A stretch of DNA of 64,000 nt from Acidobacteriota bacterium (GTDB lineage Bacteria; Acidobacteriota; Blastocatellia; Pyrinomonadales; Pyrinomonadaceae), in the NCBI GenBank assembly GCA_019242475.1, contig JAFAVK010000078.1, positions 18,809-82,808 on the forward strand, in the 5' to 3' direction. The notes under the pieces were generated by a model that did not search any database, was not told the DNA's origin, and saw only the letters and a program-made list of their open reading frames with translations. A program made the translations under genes and the position numbers. Every line of letters begins with the position of its first letter. The stretch's first letter is position 1. This document shows, piece after piece, positions 60,520 through 64,000 of this stretch.

Positions 60520-62373
60520 ATGCACCTGACCGCGCTCGACTGGATCATCGCCCTGCTGGCCGTCGGCATCTGCTTCGCGCCCGCGCTCTTCTTCGGGAGG
60601 CGCTCGGGCAAGGACACCGCGCAGTTCTTCGCCTCGGGCCGCTCCGTGCCGTGGTGGCTCGCGGGGCTCTCGATGGTCGCCACCACGTTCAGCAGCGACA
60701 CGCCCAACCTCGTCACAGACATCGTGCGCAGGCAGGGCGTTGCCGGCAACTGGGTCTGGTGGGCGTTCGTGCTGACGGGCGTCGCCACCGTCTTCTTCTA
60801 CGCGCGGCTGTGGCGGCGCTCGGGCGTGCTCACGGACTTGGAGTTCTACGAGCTGCGCTACTCCGGGAAGGCGGCGGGCGCCGTGCGCGGCTTCCGCGCC
60901 GTCTACCTCGGGCTCTTCTTCAACTGCCTGATTATGGCGACCGTGAACCTCGCCGCGTGCAAGATCGCCGCCATCCTCTTCGGGCTGGAGCGCTGGCAGA
61001 CGCTCCTCTTCGTCGGGCTCCTCAACGTCGTCTTCGCCGCGCACTCCGGCCTCTGGGGCGTGCTCGTCATCGACATGGTTCAGTTCTTCATCAAGATGAC
61101 GGCGGTGGTCGCGGCGGCCTACTTCGCGGTCAAGCTGCCGCAGGTCGGCGGTCTCTCCGGCCTCGTCTCGAAGCTCTCGGCGACGCAGGGGCCGGGCGGC
61201 ATCAACTACCTGAACGTGCTGCCCGACTTCTCGAACCACTGGGACATCGCGCTCGCTGTCTTCGTCATGCCGGTGGCGGTGCAATGGTGGGCGGTCTGGT
61301 ACCCGGGCGCGGAGCCGGGCGGCGGCAGCTACATCGCGCAGCGCATGCTCGCGTCGAAGTCCGAGAAGGACTCGCTCGGCGCGGTGCTCTTCTTCAACGT
61401 CGCGCACTACGTGCTCAGGCCGTGGCCCTGGATTCTGGTCGCGCTCGCCTCGATCATTGTCTACCCGCAGCTCTCGGACATCCAGGCCGCGTTCCCGAAT
61501 CTGAACTCGAAGCTGCTCGGCCACGACATCGCGTACCCGGCGATGCTCAAGTTCCTGCCCGCGGGTTTCGTCGGCCTGATGGCCGGCGGGCTCGTGGCCG
61601 CGAACTCTTCGACGATTTTGACGCACCTCAACTGGGGCGCGTCCTACCTCGTCCACGACTTCTACCGCCGCTTCATCCGCCGCGACGCCGACGAGAAGCA
61701 CTACGTCATGGCCGGCCGCGCCGCGACCGTCCTGCTCTTCCTGCTCTCGTCGGGGCTCGTCTTCGTGCTCGACTCGGCGAAGGACGCCTTCGACGTGATT
61801 CTGCAAGTCGGCGCGGGCACGGGGCTGCTCTACCTCCTGCGCTGGTTCTGGTGGCGCATCAACGCGTGGTCGGAGGTCGTGGCGATGGTCAGCTCGTTCT
61901 TCGTCTCGGTGCTCTTCCTAGTGCTGGAAAAGGAGAACGTCTACTCGCTCCCGACGGCGCAGAGGCTTCTCATCACCGTCGCGGTGACGACCGTCTGCTG
62001 GGTGCTGGCTGCCTACCTCGGGCCGCAGACCGACCGCGAGACGCTCGTCGCCTTCTACCGCAAGGTGCACCCGGCGGGGCCGGGCTGGAACCCGATCCGG
62101 CGCGAGGCGGGCATCGCGGAGGAGGCGGTCGAGCGCGCCGACAACATCCCGCTCGCGCTCCTGGGCTGGGTCGCCGGCTGCACGATGATCTGGTCGTCGC
62201 TCTTCACCGTGGGCAACTTCCTGTACGGACGCACTTCTTACGCGCTCGGCCTCCTCGTCGTCTTCGCCTTGAGCGGGTTCGCCCTGCTGCGCGTGGTCGG
62301 CCAGCTCTGGTCGAGCCCGGTCAGGATTACGGGCGAAGAGGACAAGCCGACGCACGAGGGCGGCGCCGCCTGA
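60520..62373 (+). CDS. Sodium:solute symporter (SSS) family transporter (second copy)
   Basis: 617 aa. LDWIIALLAVGICFAPALFFGRRSGKDTAQFFASGRSVPWWLAGLSMVATTFSSDTP and about 14 hydrophobic spans. Confidence 0.9.
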   Translation: MHLTALDWIIALLAVGICFAPALFFGRRSGKDTAQFFASGRSVPWWLAGLSMVATTFSSDTPNLVTDIVRRQGVAGNWVWWAFVLTGVATVFFYARLWRRSGVLTDLEFYELRYSGKAAGAVRGFRAVYLGLFFNCLIMATVNLAACKIAAILFGLERWQTLLFVGLLNVVFAAHSGLWGVLVIDMVQFFIKMTAVVAAAYFAVKLPQVGGLSGLVSKLSATQGPGGINYLNVLPDFSNHWDIALAVFVMPVAVQWWAVWYPGAEPGGGSYIAQRMLASKSEKDSLGAVLFFNVAHYVLRPWPWILVALASIIVYPQLSDIQAAFPNLNSKLLGHDIAYPAMLKFLPAGFVGLMAGGLVAANSSTILTHLNWGASYLVHDFYRRFIRRDADEKHYVMAGRAATVLLFLLSSGLVFVLDSAKDAFDVILQVGAGTGLLYLLRWFWWRINAWSEVVAMVSSFFVSVLFLVLEKENVYSLPTAQRLLITVAVTTVCWVLAAYLGPQTDRETLVAFYRKVHPAGPGWNPIRREAGIAEEAVERADNIPLALLGWVAGCTMIWSSLFTVGNFLYGRTSYALGLLVVFALSGFALLRVVGQLWSSPVRITGEEDKPTHEGGAA

Positions 62374-62397
62374 CGTGCGCGCGGGAGGGAAGGCACG

Positions 62398-63357
62398 TTG
62401 ATACGCATCGCTCTCGTCGGCTGCGGCGAACACTCCGAGGGCAGCCACGCCGCCCCGCTGGCGAGGTACGCCGCCGAGCGGCCCGGCGAGATTTCGCTCG
62501 CGGCGGCCTGCGACCTGAACCTCGCGCGGGCCGAGGAGTTCTGTCAACGCTTCGGCTTCGCGCGCGCCTACTCCGACTTGGGAAAGCTCCTGGCGGACGG
62601 GGGGACGGACGCGTGCGTCACGGTCATGCCGGTCGAGCGCATCGCCGAGGTGGGCGCGCTGCTCCTTGAGCGCGGCGTGCCCTGCGTCGTCGAGAAGCCG
62701 CTCGGCGCGTCCCTGTCGGAAGTTGAAGAACTGGCGCGCGTCGCGCGCGAGACTAAGACGCCGCACATGGTATCGGTCAACCGACGCTTCCTTCCCTACC
62801 TCAACCGCGCGGTCGAATTCGTCGCGGCGGGCGGCGGGCCGCGCTACGTCCGCGCGACTATGGCGCGGCACGCGCGCGACGAGGCGGACTTCATCTCGAC
62901 CACCGCCATCCACGCCGTAGACGCCCTGCGCCACGTCGCGGGCGAGGTCGCCGATTTCAGGTCGAAGGTCATCGGCGGCGGCGCGGCGCGTTGGTACGTC
63001 ATCTCGCTTGATTTCGAGGGCGGCGCCGCCGGGCAGGTCGAAATACTCCCGACGGCGGGCGTCGTCGAAGAGACTTACGAGCTGTTCGGCGAGGGCGTGC
63101 GCGCGCGGGTCGTCTGCGGGTCGGGCTCGCAGAAGCTTCTGCGCTGCTGGCGCGGCGGCCGGCCCGAAGTCGAAGAGGCGGCGGACGGGCAGCCGGAGGA
63201 CGTGTGCAACGGCGGCTACGGCGAGGTCGTCGAGTTCGTCCGCGCGCTCGGCGCCGGAGCACGTCCGAGCCCGACGGTCGAAGACGTGCTGCCTTCCGCG
63301 CGTATCTGTTACTCCGTCGCCGAGTCGGCCGCGGCGAGTCTGACGAAAGGCGTCTAG
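62398..63357 (+). CDS. Gfo/Idh/MocA-family NAD(P)-dependent oxidoreductase
   Basis: 319 aa. TTG start with GGGAGGGA 7 nt upstream. Rossmann start IRIALVGCGEHS and the family EKP motif (VVEKPLG). Confidence 0.85.
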   Translation: MIRIALVGCGEHSEGSHAAPLARYAAERPGEISLAAACDLNLARAEEFCQRFGFARAYSDLGKLLADGGTDACVTVMPVERIAEVGALLLERGVPCVVEKPLGASLSEVEELARVARETKTPHMVSVNRRFLPYLNRAVEFVAAGGGPRYVRATMARHARDEADFISTTAIHAVDALRHVAGEVADFRSKVIGGGAARWYVISLDFEGGAAGQVEILPTAGVVEETYELFGEGVRARVVCGSGSQKLLRCWRGGRPEVEEAADGQPEDVCNGGYGEVVEFVRALGAGARPSPTVEDVLPSARICYSVAESAAASLTKGV

Positions 63358-63396
63358 CCTGCATAACCAACCGAGATCAGCCCAGGGTTCCGAACG

Positions 63397-64000
63397 ATGA
63401 AGAAGCGTCTGTCATTAGCTCTCGCGCTGCTCACTCTCTCCATGCTCGCCCCCTTCGCGGCGGCGCGGCAGGACTTGAAGGAGGAGGGCGTCGGCGGGAG
63501 CGCCTTCCACAAGAACGACATCACCTACTCGACCCAGGTCTCGACGCCGCACGTCGCCTGGGCGAAGAAATTGCCGGGCGGCCCCGTGCGCGGCTTCTTC
63601 ATCCCGCCCGTGCAGTACGGGCGCGACATGGTCGAGCTGATGCAGCGGCTTGACCTCGCGCCGACGACCGTCACCATCGACCGTAACTGGGACACGAGCT
63701 GCTGGGGCATCGGCGACTACTACGGCCACGAGTACCGCGGCGACCGCGACGACTTCCAGACCGTCTACGGCTACGTCGAGCGTGACCTGACCGGGCCGGC
63801 GCAGTTCGAGGTCATGCTCATCCCCGGCCTGAACGGCTGGTCGCGCATGACGCGCGCCGCGCGCGACGCCGTCCTGCGCCGCGTGCGCGAGGGCGCGGGG
63901 CTCGTCCTCCTCCACCCCTTCGTCGGCGACGTGAAGGGCCACCCCTTCAAGGGCGACGAGGCCGAACCCGACGCGCGCATCTGGGACATCTCGCCCCTCG
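63397..64000 (+). CDS. Secreted protein of unknown function, N-terminal fragment (3' end outside the window)
   Basis: This is not in the ORF track because no stop occurs in the window. ATG 63397, open to base 64000. Signal peptide MKKRLSLALALLTLSMLAPFAAA, then ...HVAWAKKLPGGPVRGFFIPPVQYGRDMVELMQRLDL...VMLIPGLNGWSRMTRAARDAVLRRVREGAGLVLLHPF. Codon usage matches the neighbouring genes. Confidence 0.6.
   Translation, partial: MKKRLSLALALLTLSMLAPFAAARQDLKEEGVGGSAFHKNDITYSTQVSTPHVAWAKKLPGGPVRGFFIPPVQYGRDMVELMQRLDLAPTTVTIDRNWDTSCWGIGDYYGHEYRGDRDDFQTVYGYVERDLTGPAQFEVMLIPGLNGWSRMTRAARDAVLRRVREGAGLVLLHPFVGDVKGHPFKGDEAEPDARIWDISPL

Noticed and set aside
1-64000. A search for CRISPR arrays, tandem repeats, IS elements or transposases, integrases, tRNA/rRNA genes, toxin-antitoxin or phage-defence genes, and secondary-metabolite biosynthetic genes.
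   Set aside because: I found none on reading both strands. Intergenic spacers are short apart from three promoter islands. No ORF shows nuclease, helicase, ATPase, methylase, reverse-transcriptase, PKS or NRPS-type motifs. The interesting biology here appears to be catabolic and regulatory rather than defence or mobile DNA.

Overview
The window is GC-rich (by eye about two-thirds G+C, with third codon positions almost always G/C) and almost fully coding. I support 42 protein-coding genes, two of them cut by the window edges. I saw no rRNA, tRNA, CRISPR array, transposase, integrase or phage gene.

The content is dominated by glycan and amino-sugar uptake and catabolism. It is organised around two very large Oar-like TonB-dependent receptors (N-terminal carboxypeptidase-regulatory-like domain). 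Each receptor sits next to a ROK-family regulator and neither has a SusD-like partner. Together with many secreted DUF-type enzymes and BNR/sortilin-like propeller proteins, this suggests an Acidobacteriota-like soil bacterium (inference only).

Layout:
(i) 1-1936: TPR fragment, ABM protein, delta-9-type desaturase.
(ii) Locus A, 2013-10967 (+): ROK regulator, TonB receptor, MFS, SDR, heparinase II/III-like protein.
(iii) 10995-18229 (-): a BNR/sortilin, amidohydrolase, BNR/sortilin operon, followed by a lone 2-hydroxyacid dehydrogenase (+).
(iv) Locus B, 51837 down to 19512 (-): 20 co-directional genes in two apparent units (4 + 16). These include lyase-like, beta-helix, DUF5107, DUF4091, DUF4832, amidohydrolase, S15 peptidase, OSBS/NSAR enolase, NagB-like, GNAT, DHOD-like and DapA/NAL-like genes, plus SSS transporter genes.
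(v) Locus C, 52303 to the window end (+): 9 co-directional genes that look like a sugar salvage/activation operon.

Most noteworthy items:
- The 16-gene, roughly 26-kb SusD-less operon built mostly from uncharacterised enzyme families.
- A galactokinase-like GHMP kinase fused to a GlmU-like nucleotidyltransferase.
- Tandem phosphohexomutase paralogs, the first of which lacks the catalytic serine (TAGHNP instead of TASHNP).
- An unusual DapA-like / DHOD-like / GNAT / NagB-like catabolic core.
- Repeated regulatory motifs (TTAGT-N11-ACTAA palindromes, TGGTATAA[G/C] promoter-like elements, strong hairpins after both receptor genes) that seem to tie Loci B and C into one regulon.

All motif coordinates were derived by hand from the printed sequence. 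No database search, alignment or folding computation was possible, so family calls rest on recognisable motifs and memory.
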